Shown one piece after another: positions 24,623 to 39,022 of a DNA stretch of 64,000 bases (positions are counted from its first letter, which is position 1; each line of letters opens with the position of its first letter). A model generated the notes under the pieces. The model saw only the letters and a list, made by a program, of their open reading frames with translations. It was not told the origin of the DNA and did no database searches. The DNA comes from Octopus vulgaris (Eukaryota): assembly GCA_951406725.2 (NCBI GenBank), contig OX597826.1, forward strand, positions 83,762,001 to 83,826,000. The letters are read 5' to 3'. A program made the translations under genes and the position numbers.

Positions 24623-25974
24623 AATGAAAAGAAAACAAAAATTATAGCTTAGTCAGGAAGAGTCTTGTAGGATCTCCAAGACTTGTAAAAGAAAGGGAAT
24701 TAGAAAGGTAGCAGAGAGCTGTTTATGAAAATATCGAATTATCCCCAGATCTACTCCAAAGAAAGAGAAATCCACTAAAGGTACCCAAAACCCTGAAGTG
24801 GGTGTTGAACTGGGTGACAGACTAAGTCTGTTTTATGTCTCTGGTTACAAAACTTAATGGAAGGTGTAATTATCAACTCTTATCGAAGAATAAATAATAA
24901 TAATAATAATAACCTTTGTGTCGTATTATGACTGGTTGGTTTATCAACTGCATACAACAGTATTTGAAAGTGAACAGTGATTTCATGAGCAAACGATGAA
25001 GCAAAACAGTGCTTGAAATAATTAAAGCCAACCAAATCTGATTCTAAGTTAAAGTCAATTGCTTTAGCAAAGGCATGGACGCTACTCAATCTTTTTGCCT
25101 GCAGTAAATTTGTGGTTTTCTACCTATACAACTCGCCCTTGTCCATCAAAATGAATAAAATAAACTATAACAGTGCTAAGATAGTTTCTTATTGATATCA
25201 AGGGAGGTAACTCAGCAGAGTTATTCCCCTTTTTTTGAATTAGTGTAATGTCATGACAAGAGCTTTCGACCTCGAATTCAAAGGTCGAGACGATAACCCT
25301 GTTCACGGATGACATTAATATCAAATTTCCAAAAAGGAAATCTATACGAAAAGAATTATCAATGAATAAATTAAATTGAATTCCCGAATTGATATTACCT
25401 AAGATGTTAAACTAATTAATGCTATATTAATCAATTCGCAACTACAAATAACAGAGTGACAGTAATTTCTTGCATTGTTAGGGAAAGGGTATAAATGTCT
25501 AAAAAAGACCATAGTATATGACCGGTACTAGCTTTTGGCATCAAACACCAGAGATGAAAGGTAAAATTAGCTTTGGTATGATTGAAACTTCATCTAAAGC
25601 AGTCCAAGCACTTAAAACAAATGATTTTGTCTGCTACTCTACAGCCTAAAATTAGTAATTCCTGATATTGGTACAAGGAAGGACTCCAGAATTCCTTCAG
25701 TTAACTCTTGGGTATTACTAGTACCTATTTTGGCATCAGAGCAAAGTTCATGTGGCTACTCTTGAACCAAAGTCTCATGGATAGTAGCTGTGGATTCTGG
25801 AAAAGAAAAACCTGTCTGTGGTATAGGTGCAGGCAAAGGTGTGCAACTGTGTAGCACCTTAGGCAAGGGTCTTCTAATATCGTCTCAAGTTGATTAATGC
25901 CTTGGATAGAATTTGGCAGACAGAAATACTAAGAAGCTCATCACACACACAACTACATACTCATATAGTTGTAT

Positions 25975-26300
25975 CATTATCATCGTCGTCGTCATCGTTT
26001 AACATCCGTTTTCCATGCTGGCATGGGATGGTTCGGCGGGGGTCTGGGAAGCCAGGAGGCTGCACAAGGCCCCAATCTGATCTGGCAGTGTTTCTACAGC
26101 TGGATGCCCTTCCTAACGACAACTACTCCAACAGTGTAGTGGGTGCTTTTTACGTGCCACCAGCACAGTGGCCAGAGGAGCTGGCATCGAACACATTCAG
26201 ATGGTGCTTTTTATGTGCCACCAGCACGGGAGACAATCAAGGCAGCACTGGCATCAGCCACGTTTAGATGGTGCTTTTTACGTGCTACCAGCCTGGGGCT
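25975..26300 (-). mobile_element. RTE LINE 3' UTR fragment
   Basis: Same 3' UTR as 13478-13900, with (CAT/CGT)n tail on the plus strand. Confidence 0.78.
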
Positions 26301-26844
26301 CACAACTACAATTTCCATTTGATTTGATTTAGATACTGCTGTTGATGTTGCATATATGTATGTGAGTGTGTGTGTGTGTGTGCGTGTGTGTGTGTGTATA
26401 TATATATATATTTCTTTGTGTCTCTGTATTTATATTTATGCTGCTTAAAACAAGTGATGTTGCTGACATAACACAACACAACAGTGCAACGAGTACACAT
26501 TAATAAAATTGGTACCAAATTTTAAAATTTTTCTTGGAACCAATATCCTTGACAAAATGCTTGAAAGTGGTAAACCAGTTTGGCCACAATCCAATTATTG
26601 GTAAAAGATTAAATGAATAATGAAAAATTCATATACCATCCTTAATTTAAAATATTCATTTATTACTTATTTGAATAATATAAATGATATAAGTGTTGTG
26701 TCTCTCGTAGATTATATTCTTTGGTTTCACTGCATAGTTTGCAATTGGATACAAAAGATAGGTAAGAAGGATGGTAGGTTGGTACTACGGTATTACGATA
26801 CAGATGACTATAATGATAATATTAATTGTTTCTACTACAAGTTC

Positions 26845-27655
26845 ATGAGGCGAAATTTCGCAAGGAGGGGACTAGCTGATTACATCAACCCCAGTGCTCA
26901 AGGGATACTTACTTTAATGACCTCCTGAAAGGATGGAAAGCAAATTCAATTTTGGTAGAATTTAAATGCAGAATGTAGAGACAGACAAAATCCTTACGAT
27001 TCTGACAACTCACATTCATAATGATAATCATCATCATCATAATAATAATAATTTATTTCTTTATTGCCCACAGGAGGCTAAACATAGAGGGGACAAACAA
27101 GGACAGACAAAGGATTAAGCCGATTACATCGATCCCAGTGCATAACTGGTACTTATTTAATCGACCGCAAAATGATGAAAAGCAAAGTCAACCATGGCAA
27201 AATTTGAACTCAGAATGTAAAGACAGATGAAATACCTATTTCTTTACTACCCACAAGGGGCTAAACACAGAGAGGACAAACAAGGACAGACAAAGGGATT
27301 AAGTTGATTATATCGACCCCAGTGCGTAACCGGTACTTATTTAATCGACCCTGAAAGGATGAAAGGCAAAGTCGACCTCGGCGGAATTTGAACTCAGAAC
27401 GTAAAGACAGACGAAATGCCATTAAGCACTTCACCTGGCATGAAAGTTTTCAAATTTTGTCAGAAGGCCAGCAATTTTGAGGGAGGAGCTAAGTCAATTA
27501 CATCGACCCCAGAGTTCAACTGGTAATCATTTTATCAACCCAAAAAGGATGAAAGCCAAAGTCAACCCTGGCAGAATTTGAACTCAGAACGGAAGGATTG
27601 GTAAAATGTCACTAAGCATTTTGCCTGGCGTACAAATGATTCTGCTGGGTCAACA
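26845..27655 (-). mobile_element. Head-to-tail cluster of about four Meta-like SINE copies
   Basis: Repeated ...ccccagtg...ctggtacttat...aaaggatgaaaggcaaagtc...gaatttgaactcagaa units at ~26845, 27053, 27237 and 27450. Confidence 0.8.
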
Positions 27656-27686
27656 CGTTAATGATAATAGGAATAGAAATAGTTAC

Positions 27687-27855
27687 TTTCTGTGACGTAA
27701 CTCCTACACCGCCTCTAGGAACCTTCATGGATGATAAAAACGTCCAGACATCTGTCGAAGGATCATATCGTTCCACGGTGTTGAAGCAGGATGTGTCATC
27801 CAAACCACCAATGGCGTAGATTGGACCTCCTAAACAGGCCAGGGCAATTCCACGT
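27687..27855 (-). CDS. KLHL8: KLHL8 coding exon 4 (kelch repeat 3)
   Basis: tttcag| acceptor and |GTAACT donor. Encodes RGIALACLGGPIYAIGGLDDTSCFNTVERYDPSTDVWTFLSSMKVPRGGVGVTSQK. 169 bp, phase 2-0. Confidence 0.94.
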
Positions 27856-28235
27856 CTGAAAATATTTTACAAGTCAGTTTGATTAGAATCTTTGACAAAT
27901 ATCACAGAAAAATGTTCAATAATAATACAAGCACTGCATCATTATCATCATCATATCACCCTACAGTTCACATGCAAACAAACAAACCAATAAAGGAACC
28001 TCTACATAACCATTCAACTGGCAAGAAACAGCAGTCAACTTCTCTCAAATCATATTCTATTGCCTTAATCTTTTAGCATTCAGACCAACCATAGCCTCCC
28101 CAAATATTCTACCAGTTTTAAGTTAAAACTGGCCACATCTGGCCTCTCACACATCTCAAACAATGTCTTTCTAAAACTAAGCTATCACATCATGAAAATA
28201 AGAGAGATATTCCAACAGAAATAGATGTGTTTTAC

Positions 28236-28347
28236 CTGAGGGATCCCATAGGGGCAATATATGACCACTTGTTTTTGACTGGATCAAACACTTCCCCACT
28301 GTTCAGATGTGTGAATCCATCATGTCCTCCAATTGCATAAAGGCGAC
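28236..28347 (-). CDS. KLHL8: KLHL8 coding exon 3 (kelch repeat 2)
   Basis: ttacag| acceptor and |GTAAAA donor. Encodes (G)RLYAIGGHDGFTHLNSGEVFDPVKNKWSYIAPMGSL(R). 112 bp, phase 1-2. Not in the ORF track. Confidence 0.92.
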
Positions 28348-28773
28348 CTGTAAAATAATTAGCCAGAAATTAACATTTTTTTTTTTACGTTAAATTGTAA
28401 TACAAAGTTTTCTTAATTTTATTCATAAATATAATTATTCTCCGGCAGAGGAGGGAGAACAAATTCTGTAATGGCAGAGTAGATTTGCAGTTTACTCAAT
28501 ATAACACAATTTTAGTAGCAAGCAATTGCGAGGTCAGTACTGTTTCCACTCTGCTACAGTATTTCTCCAGATGATGAACAATTGCTTCTACTATAGACAC
28601 AGAGGCTGAAAATTTGAGGGAGCAGGGCATAACTGGTACTTATTTCACTAACACTAAAAGGATGAAAGGCAAAGCCAACCTCGATAGAATTTAAACTCAG
28701 AAGAAATGGTACTAAGCAATTTGCCTGGCATACTAATGGTTTGGCCAGCTCACAGCCTTATTATTATTATTAT

Positions 28774-28817
<44 letters not shown>

Positions 28818-29115
28818 AATAATAATAGGTTCAAATTTTAGCACAAGGCCAGCAAGTTTGGGTGGAGGGGCAAGTTGATTACGACCCCAGTATATGACTG
28901 GTACTTATTTTATCGACAACTGAAAGGATAAAAGGCAAAGTCAACCTCAGCAGAATTTGAACTCAGAATGTAAAGATGATTAAAATGCTGCTAAGCATTT
29001 GGCCCAGTGTAGCAACGATTCTGCCAGCTCACCTCCTTGATGATGATGATGAAAATATTACTGATTTCTGGTTGAAGCACAAGGTCACACGGTTGCAAGG
29101 ACGAGTATTGGTAGT

Positions 29116-29731
<616 letters not shown>

Positions 29732-30613
29732 GAATATTACTGATCCCACCTTGATTTGTATCCAGAATTTAGAAACACAGACTAAATACCACAAGGCATG
29801 AAGCCTGACATAATTAATTCTGTTAATGCACTGTCCTAATGAAATAATAATGAAGCCACAACAAGCAAATGCAATTAATCTAATCAAGCCTTGTACATGG
29901 CTGGCATATATTTTAATCAACCCTTACAAGGAAGGAAGGCAAGCAAAAGTTGGTCGGCATCATTTGAAGGGGAATCCGAATAAGTTGAAATTAAATAATA
30001 TAAGGAATTTGATTTTATGCTCAGTTCTTGGGTGGATTTTAGGTTGAACTGATGACTGTTGTATATTAACTATGATGTCCCTTGTCAACCAGACAAAATA
30101 AGCAGTGATAACGACTACTAGCCAATGATGAAGCCATTAAGCACTTGCCTCATCTACTAGAAATAGTAGCCAATTCTCAGTGAAAGCCCACTCTACTACA
30201 TTACGAAAAGGCAGGATAGATTGCATTATATCATTCTAGATACACCACGTCTGAAATAAGGGATTGACCTAAACGCAGAACAGTTGACCTAAATAAGAAG
30301 AATACAATAGCTACAGTAGTAAGGTTCGATCTCCTGATGAACATGTCTCCAGAGTTGCTTGTTAATTTCAAAGCCATTCAAACATTTGGCTTTTCAGGAG
30401 GGGAAACACTGGATTACAAACAATTTTTAACTTGAGATACCTGGACTTAACTGATTCTTTATTGTAACAATCCCAGAAGAACAAAAGGTAGGTTAGGTTA
30501 ATGAGGTATGAACACAAAATGTAAACATCCTAATTAAACATATCTCATTTGATGACATGGGGTAGATATGAATGGACACAGCACACCTGTAGAAGAGAAA
30601 ACACTGCACTCAC

Positions 30614-30757
30614 CTGAAGCTGCACATACTCCAACATGTCGTCTGCGAGTATTCATTTCAGCAATTGGAAACCAGGAATTTTTGCGGTAGTTATAACATT
30701 CTATACTCTTGAAAGGGTCACCTGCTGCTCCTCGACCCCCCACACAAAAAAGTACAC
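30614..30757 (-). CDS. KLHL8: KLHL8 coding exon 2 (kelch repeat 1)
   Basis: ttgcag| acceptor and |GTGAGT donor. Encodes (G)VLFCVGGRGAAGDPFKSIECYNYRKNSWFPIAEMNTRRRHVGVCAAS, closely resembling vertebrate KLHL8 GVLFCVGGRGGSGDPFRSIECY as recalled. 144 bp, phase 1-1. Confidence 0.93.
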
Positions 30758-31976
30758 CTGCAACAAGAAATATTCATATTACTATTATTACTACTAACTT
30801 TATTATAACTATTATTGTTAGGCAGTATTATAAAAATTGGTAGAGTAGCACACAATGTGTTATGATATAAAGTTACATCTCTGCATATTGTGAGTTCAAA
30901 TCTGATGATGGATCAGCTTTATTTTTCATCCTTCTGGGGTAAAAAAAATACCACTCAAGTACTTGTTTCTTCTGCTGTAATTCCATTCATATTTTGGATG
31001 CTTTCTAAGATTATATTTGAGTGACAACTTGTTTTATCAACCTCAGAAAGATGAAAGAGAAAGTTACCCTTAGCATGATTTGAACTTACAAAGTAAAGTA
31101 CATGGTCATTTGTTATATAGCTACAAGGACAAAATTTTCGGGGCGGGGGGACCAGCAAATGATATCAACCACAGTGTTTCATTGGTACTTTATTTTAGTG
31201 GCCCTGGAGGGAAGAAAAGAAAAGTTAACCTAAGTGTGACTTGAACACAGATTGCAATAAACTGGAACAAAAAGTGCTATGTAATTTAATCTGATACTCT
31301 AACGATTAATAAGGAAAATGACGATGATTACTACTTTGGACACAAAGCCAGCAATCTTGAAGGGTAGGGTAAGTCAATACCATCAACCCAGCACTTAACG
31401 CATACTTTATTTTATCAACCCAGGAGGGATGAAAAGTATAGTTGACCTTGACGGGATTTGAACTCAAAATGCAAATAGCTAGAACAAATATTGCAAAGTA
31501 TTTTTCACAACATTAACAATTCTGCCAGCTCACAGCCCTAATAATAACATTTCTCTCTACTATAGACACAAGGCCTGAAGTTTGTGGGGAGGGGCTAATC
31601 AATTACATTGCCCCCAGCACCCAACTGGTATCCATTTCATTGACCCCCAAAACGATGGAAGGCAAAGTCAAACTTGGTGAAATTTTAATACAGAATGCAA
31701 AAACAAATGAAAAACCATTAAACATTCCCCCCTCCCCACTGTGCTAATGAATCTGTCAGCTCACCATCTTCAATAATAACAGGAACAATGCTGAATTAGT
31801 GGACAGAATAGCGCCCAAGAATAATCAACTGTATATTACTGCAACTCCATGTCATCATTCAGTGTACCAGGAATAGCAGCCAATTCTCCTTCAAATTACA
31901 ATCCACCATCGTAAAAATGGGTAAGATACACATTAGACAATACCACAGTCTTTAATATCCTAACCCCACTACTTAA

Positions 31977-32150
31977 AAGAAGAAGAAGGAGGAGAAGAAG
32001 AAGAAGAAGAAGAAGAAGAAGAAGAAGAAGAAGAAGAAGAAGAAGAAGAAGAAGAAGAAGAAGAAGAAGAAGAAGAAGAAGAAGAAGAAGAAGAAGAAAA
32101 AGAAGAAGAAGAAGAAGAAGAAGAAGAAGAAGAAGAAGAAGAAGAAGAAG
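31977..32150. repeat. (GAA)n microsatellite
   Basis: ~170 bp of near-perfect GAA. Confidence 0.97.
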
Positions 32151-32509
32151 ATAAATAAAAGGCAGGATGATCGTGGCTGGAATGCCTTTCCTCATAGGTC
32201 TGTTGACCAGAGATGACATAAAACTAAATAGCAATAAGTAATAGTTATTTAACAACTGTAAAGTTGACTACAGTTGGATTTGAACTCAAATTGTAGATCA
32301 ACAGAAAAACTTCACAACATTTAAGCGAACATATATTTGCTAACTGATCACCCAGTATTGAATCCTTAATTGCTTTTAGAAGGTTTGCTTGAATATTGTG
32401 GCTGTCTTCGTCCTATTCTGGCAGAAAACAAAAAAATTAGATGCTCTTTTACTGGTTTCAGCCTGTGAGCTGTGATCCTGGTGGGGCACTGTCATTTATG
32501 GATATCCCT

Positions 32510-33270
32510 TAGTCCATATCCTTAAGGCTTCCACAGTCAATGTCAACACAATGAAAGGATGGTCAGGAGAAATTATTAAAATATTAGAGTGGAGATATAT
32601 AAATGTGTGCTGTGAGCAAGATGTAAGATGGAGGGAAGCTTCCACCAGACTTTCCATGAGCAAAGAACAAAGGTATAAACTCTTCTGGGTAGGTAGCAGT
32701 GATGGTATGGTTTGCATAGGCATACTCTTGGCAGAGAAATGGATAAAATAATCAAAGTAGTCAGAGAGAGAGAGAGAGAGAGAGTGTGTGTGTGTGTGAG
32801 AAAGGTTTGTTAAGCTAAGATGAGTATTAGATAATGCAACAGTAACAATTACCTTGGCATATGTTCCACAAGCTGGACTAGCAAATGAACAGAAAAACAG
32901 TTTCTAGGAAGCCCTTCTTCATATTATCTCAATACCATAGATGATGTGGTTGATGATTGTAACAGCCATGTTGTGCAGCATATCAATGGATTTCATGGCA
33001 TGCATGCAGAGTACAGCTTTGCTTACAGAGATGAGGAGTGAACCAGGCTGTTAGAGTTCTGTGAGGCAAATGCTTTGTTATTTCTGCAACACTAACTTCA
33101 GGAAAACTTACCAGCCACCTAATCAGCCACCAAGCAGGTGGACACACAAGCTAGATTGACAACATTCTCAACAGAAAATAGGATAGGTATACACTTGTGA
33201 ATGGAAAGTTCTTTCCTGGTGAAGAATGTACCCTTTACATAGGTTAGTGGTTAGTGACTTCAGACTAGTC
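32510..33270 (+). mobile_element. RTE LINE apurinic-endonuclease domain fragment, decayed
   Basis: TVNVNTMKGWSGEIIKILEWRYINVCCEQDVRW...YKLFWVG...GILL...AYVPQAG...RLLEFC...NTNFRK..., matching APE motifs, with stops and frameshifts. Confidence 0.85.
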
Positions 33271-34139
33271 TGAGATGCACCAACTAACCTGCACTGCAAT
33301 AATTAGCCATATATATATATCACCAATGAACTGCTTATGCATGAAGTAACCCAAGATAATGAAATTAATATTTACATATTTAATGCATTAGTTAATAAAT
33401 TAAATGGTAACACTAACTTAATTATCGTTTCTCAAGGGGACCTAGTGATTTACTTTCGTAATATATACTAATTTATCCCATCAAATTACATATGATTAAT
33501 TAATGGTAAAACTGTAATCAGCCTGGTCACAGGTGTTCTGAAAAGCATTAAATATCTCTTTTAGCTTGAATAGAAGTTGTGATGTTCACACATTTTCATA
33601 AAAAGACTAGCAGAATGAGTCAAGCAGTTTTAACACACCGAAAACTCATCACTTTACCACAGCAGATGTTAAATATCTGGATGAAGTAACTACAAGACAG
33701 ATTTTTAAATGCCATACACGCACAAAGTTTTAAAGTTGGTGAAGAAAATTCTGAATTATTTCTTATAACAATGACTTTCTTTAGTTTTCATATTTGAGTG
33801 ACAAATGTAATGTTTTAAGTCAATAAGGGTAGTGGATGACCTTGTTGAAATGTTGGTGGTTCTTTATCAACGATCGGTCATGTGGTCAGGACACTTGATA
33901 CTCAAATGGCTCAGTTTACTTGGCTGTAGTTAGGCATTAATGGAAGGAACACTCTACTTATCATAAGGTACAAAGCAAGGCACAGAATGTTTTAAGTCTG
34001 CTACCAGAAAATAGTTAATTAAGGAACTTTTAACAAGGGTTCTGAAGTAGATTGAGAAAGAAACAAAAATGCCAGTCAATGGCTTCATGATTTTATACAG
34101 ATTAGAGATCATTCTTTCCATAGACAGAAGGTATACATA

Positions 34140-34533
34140 TCTTTTATCTTTTCTTTCAGTCATTTGACTTCAGCTATGCTGGGGCACTGCCTTGAAAGGT
34201 TTTAGTCAAACAAATCAACCCCAGGATTTTTTTTAAAACCTAATACTTATTCTATTGGTCTCTTTTGCCAAACTGTTAAGTTATGGGAATGTAAACACAC
34301 CAACACCAGTCGTCAAACAGTGGTGAAGGACAAATGTAGACACAAAGACCCCACACACACACGCACACATATATGCCGGAATTCTTTCAGTTTCCATCTA
34401 CCAAATCTACTCACAAGGCTTTGGCCTGCCCATAGCTATAGAAGACACTTGTCCAAGGTGCCACACAATGGGATTGATCTCAGAACCATGTAGTTGGGAA
34501 GCAAGCTTCTTACCACACAGCTATGCCAGTGCC
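34140..34533 (-). mobile_element. CORE-like SINE, full length
   Basis: Reverse-complement homologue of 29116-29731 with a short internal (CA)n. Confidence 0.78.
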
Positions 34534-34556
34534 TATATATATATATATATATATAT

Positions 34557-34810
34557 CATCATCATCATCATCATCGTTTAACGTCCGTTTTCCGCGCTAG
34601 CACGGGTTGGACGGTTCGACCGGGGTCTGGGAAGCCAGGGGCCGCTCCAGGCTCCAGTCTGATTCTGGCAGAGTTTCTACGGCTGGATGCCCTTCCTAAC
34701 GCCAACCACTCCGTGAGTGGATTGGGTGCTTTTTATGTGCCACCTGCACAGGGGCCGGGGGGTCCGGCATCGGTCACGATCGGTTCGAGCTTTTAACGTG
34801 CCAGGGACAC
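34557..34810 (-). mobile_element. RTE LINE 3' UTR fragment (young, CpG-rich)
   Basis: catcatcatcgtttaacgtccgttttcc...ggatgcccttcctaacgccaaccactcc. Confidence 0.8.
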
Positions 34811-35322
34811 GGGGGCAACGGGATGCGGGGTAGAGTTGAGTTGGGGGGGGTCCAGCTGAGAAAGGTTTCACCAGTGAAAAGAGAGGGAGAGATAGTAAAG
34901 GGGTGCAGGTAATATAGGGGAGCACCAGTGGGGAAGGTTGGGGGAGGAGGAACGATGGCAGGAAGGGTTGGTGAAGGTTCGTAAGAAATATAAACGTAGG
35001 ATGTGTATATATATATATATGGGTAGGTGTGGGGAAGGTTGGGTGGGTAAGGAGGAACGATGGCAGGAAGGGTTGGTGCAGGTTCGTAAGAAATAAAAAC
35101 GTAGGATATTACGAGGCATGGAGGGGACTGGAAGGAGATAGTAGGATTGAGGCAGTGTCAGATTCAAAACAGGAGGAAGTGTAAGATCAGAGGGCGGTTG
35201 ATGAGCTGAGACGCTAGCAGCTTGTCTTTTCTCAGTGAAAGCATATGAGGAGAAGGGGTAGGAAGGGGTGGTGGGGGAGGAGGAGGGAGTATCCGGTGTA
35301 GATGGTGAGAACAGTGTTCACC

Positions 35323-35925
35323 GGTATTGGTGGTATTGGCGGTGGGGGGGGTATTGGTGGTGGGGGTGGTATTGGTGGTGGTGGGGGTGGTATTGGTGGT
35401 GGGGGTGGTATTGGTGGTGGGGGTGGTATTGGTGGTGGGGGTGGTATTGGTGGTGGGGGTGGTATTGGTGGTGGGGGTGGGATTGGTGGTGGGGGTGGTA
35501 TTGGTGGTGGGGGTGGTATTGGTGGTGGGGGTGGTATTGGTGGTATTGGTGGTGGGGGTGGTATTGGTGGTGGGGGTGGTATTGGTGGTGGGGGTGGTAT
35601 TGGTGGTGTGGTGGTATTGGTGGTGGTATTGGTGGTGGTATTGGTGGTATTGGTGGTATTGGTGGTATTGGTGGTGGTATTGGTGGTATTGGTGGTGGTA
35701 TTGGTGGTATTGGTGGTGGTATTGGTGGTGGTATTGGTGGTATTGGTGGTGGTATTGGTGGTGGTATTGGTGGTGGTATTGGTGGTATTGGTGGTGGTAT
35801 TGGTGGTGGTATTGGTGGTATTGGTGGTGGTGGTGGTATTGGTGGTGGTATTGGTGGTATTGGTGGTGGTATTGGTGGTATTGGTGGTATTGGTGGTGGT
35901 ATTGGTGGTATTGGTGGTGGGGGTG
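35323..35925. repeat. G-rich minisatellite: (GGTGGTGGGGGTGGTATT)n followed by mixed (GGTGGTATT)/(GGTGGTGGTATT)n
   Basis: Read directly. It is the source of all long ORFs at 35164-36186. Confidence 0.95.
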
Positions 35926-36034
35926 GGAGGGCGGGCGCACCGCGCAATGGGAGAAGATGAGATTTTTAGGCGGCAGAAAGAAAGACAGGATTTGAGATGG
36001 AATGCTTTGCGATCGTGATATATATATATATATG

Positions 36035-36238
36035 TCTGGCACCTGTGCGGGTGGCACGTAAAAAGCACCCACTACACTCACGGAGTGGTTGACGTTAGGA
36101 AGGGCATCCAGCCATAGAAACACTGCCAGATCTGACTGGGCCTGATGAAGCCTTCCAGCTTCACAGACCCCAGTTGAACCGTCCAACCCATGCTAGCATG
36201 GAGAATGGACGCTAAATGATGATGATAATGATGATGAT
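36035..36238 (+). mobile_element. RTE LINE 3' UTR fragment
   Basis: Reverse complement of the 34557-34750 family, with (GAT)n tail. Confidence 0.8.
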
Positions 36239-38204
36239 GCCATATACATCTATAGTATGTCAGTATGAAAGAGCCTGTACCCCATCCTCCAATCTATAAT
36301 CATCAACTATATCTATACCGGAATTCAGCATAAGTTGCCAACTCCAGAGAGCTCCAGTTACCAAATCATTGTTTCCCAATTTTTCAAAACCATTTTTGCC
36401 ATGTTGGCACTGGTTGAGAAGTCTACCTTAAATCATATTGCCATTTCTCTTAGTCCCATGTTGTTGTGTTTGAGATCTTACAGGACACTTTTTCACCAGG
36501 TATTTATCATTCCTTCACATTATATGTGTCTATATCAGCTCAATTATATCCCCATATTAGCTGATGTCCTTAACGTTGGTGGCACCTGCAGCTCATTTGT
36601 GTTCCACCATCCCTATTAGTTAACATAGCACATCCAACAGACCATAACTGAGTAATTTCTTTCCAGTCTTTGGAAATATTCCATATTCAATGTCTACGTC
36701 TCACTAACGTGCATCACTACATTTCTTAGAAAAGCTTTGATGCCATCAGATGTTAGCTATTAATTGTACACTTTTCATTGCAGCCAGACTGACCAAATCA
36801 GTTGTGAGTTTTATGTCCTGGCCTTGAATAAGATGCAGCTGCAATAGGTGAGGTATGGACTATCAAGTCCACTTTTGCCGGTAACAGTATTAATGCTTTA
36901 TTAATTCAATGTTCTGTCTTGATAATATAGAAATTCAGATTCACTGTGTAAGACAGAAATACACACAAAAAAAAAAACATTCACTAGAGAGACAGATAAA
37001 ATAAGTGGAGAAGGGTGTGCAATGTCTGTTTTGGCAGCAATCTTGAAACTCAACGAGGCAAATCTTATGCCACAAATTAGCTTAGATAAGAGCAATCGCT
37101 GAGAGAGAAGAGATATTTGTAAATAGAGTAAGAGATACAGAGAATTAAGATTCTCCAAAGGTAACAACTTTTGATTAATTTACTGCCAAAAGATCAAAAG
37201 TCCACAAAGCAAAACATATGTAACAAAATTCTATCTTCTATGAAATAAAAAAAGTGTTCATTACGTTTATCAGAAAATCACCTTTGCTTCTTGAAAGCAA
37301 TGAGGTTCGTTAATTTAATATCAAGGAAAAAGTAACAGAAGTTGATTTACATTATTCTTGAATATCTTCCAAAGTAAAAGTGCACAAAAAAACTAATAGC
37401 TAGATTTCTAAACAAAATATTATCATTAATTATATATACAAAAAAATTGTTTATATTATTTTTAAAAGAATCTGAGAGTTATAACCACAAGAGAGAATAT
37501 GTAGAACTAACAACAGACAAACAGTAACAGTTTCAACTTAATTGGGTTTCGTCAGATCCAATGCACTCAAACCATATGTGTTCTTTTAGTTACCCTGGTT
37601 ATATATCAGTCAATATCTAGAGAAAGCAATCTGGTCGTGTAGGTTAGGTAATTAGTGTTTGAGAGAAATTATGTACCACACGACAGGATACAAGAATTAA
37701 TTTGATTAAGAAAGTATTTCTAGCTTTATTCTAAAACAGTTTAGTTTATACTTCAAGAATATTCATTTTGGTTATTGACAGATATATATAAACAGCCTGT
37801 GGTTTTAACAAGAACAAAGCTAATGAGACACCCAACAAGGTTGAAATTGTGATCTTTTGATTATTTGACCCAAATGTTTGTTCCAAAAGGCTTTTAATTC
37901 CAATTTTTTCTGTTTTTTTAGAGCAGAGCTAGAAATAGCCATTATTGTGAATATTCATGACATGCATTCAGGAGTTATAAAATTATTGGTTATAAGTTTC
38001 CAAAAAGCCAATTCTTTTCTTACATTTAATTTATTCATGTGTTCTCTAGTAGTACATCATAAGAACAACGGTCACGTTTCGCCCATTTCAGGATGCTTGT
38101 CAATACCGTGCACCCTCTAGTCACTCTCACAGGTGAAAGTCATGCTTTGATACAACCTCATTATCATGCCTTTCAACAATCCCTGTACATTTAGTATCAA
38201 AACA

Positions 38205-38522
38205 ACTGGCACCCCATTGGCTACAATGATGAGGGTTCCACTTGATCTGAATAGTGGAACAGCTTGCTCATGAAATTAATGTGCAGGTGGCTGAGCCCTC
38301 CACAGGCACACACATCCTTAACATAGTTCACAGAGAGACACAGTGTGACACAGAATGTGACAAGGCTGGCCCTTTGAAATACAGGTGCTATTCATTTTTG
38401 CCATTTGCATCGACTGGAGTAATGTGAAATAAAGGGTCTTGCTCAAGAACACAACATGGAATCGAACTCACGACCTTATGACCATGAGCCAAATAGCCTA
38501 CCCACCAAGCCACAGACCTTCA
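38205..38522 (-). mobile_element. tRNA-derived SINE (same family as 7402-7787)
   Basis: Shared gcttgctcatgaaattaa...gtgtgacacaga.tgtgacaaggctggccc. B box gagttcgattcc on the minus strand. Confidence 0.72.
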
Positions 38523-38901
38523 CTGATTTTCAGATATAATGGTTCTAAAATATGACCATGTTTGTGATGTTCTCCTCAAAGATGAATGAGACATTTCTGG
38601 AACCAAAATTTCTTTTAGAAATAAAAAAAATAAAGGCTAGGAAGTACAATGCCTACCAACTTTGCCAGAAAGTTATAGATTTGTTAAGATTACCAAATCT
38701 GTACCAGAAGGACTTGCCTTTTTCTTTAGATATATATTTCAGTCTTGTGTAACAGGAAATATTTTACAAGTCCCAAATTACATGACAAAAAGGTACTCTA
38801 CTGAAACTGTAGTCCACCAAAGAAACATTAAAATAATTCCTTTCCTCTGACTATTAGTACCTTACACTAAATTCAGAACAGGTCAAATAGGGAGCCTAAT
38901 A

Positions 38902-39022
38902 TCATCATCATCATTGTTCGACCATGGTCGAGACAATGGAATTTACTATGTTACGCCAGACCTCACGGTCCATCATAGCATTACGGAGGTCCTGTTGCTG
39001 GATGCCTGTATCCCTGGAGGGA
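38902..39022 (-). mobile_element. RTE-like LINE extreme 3' end
   Basis: Minus strand reads RDTGIQQQDLRNAMMDREVWRNIVNSIVSTMVEQ* followed by (TGA)n. Confidence 0.7.

Noticed and set aside
35164-36186. Long ORFs (209-340 aa) in all six frames
   Set aside because: They arise from a stop-free GGT minisatellite; no domain or splice evidence.
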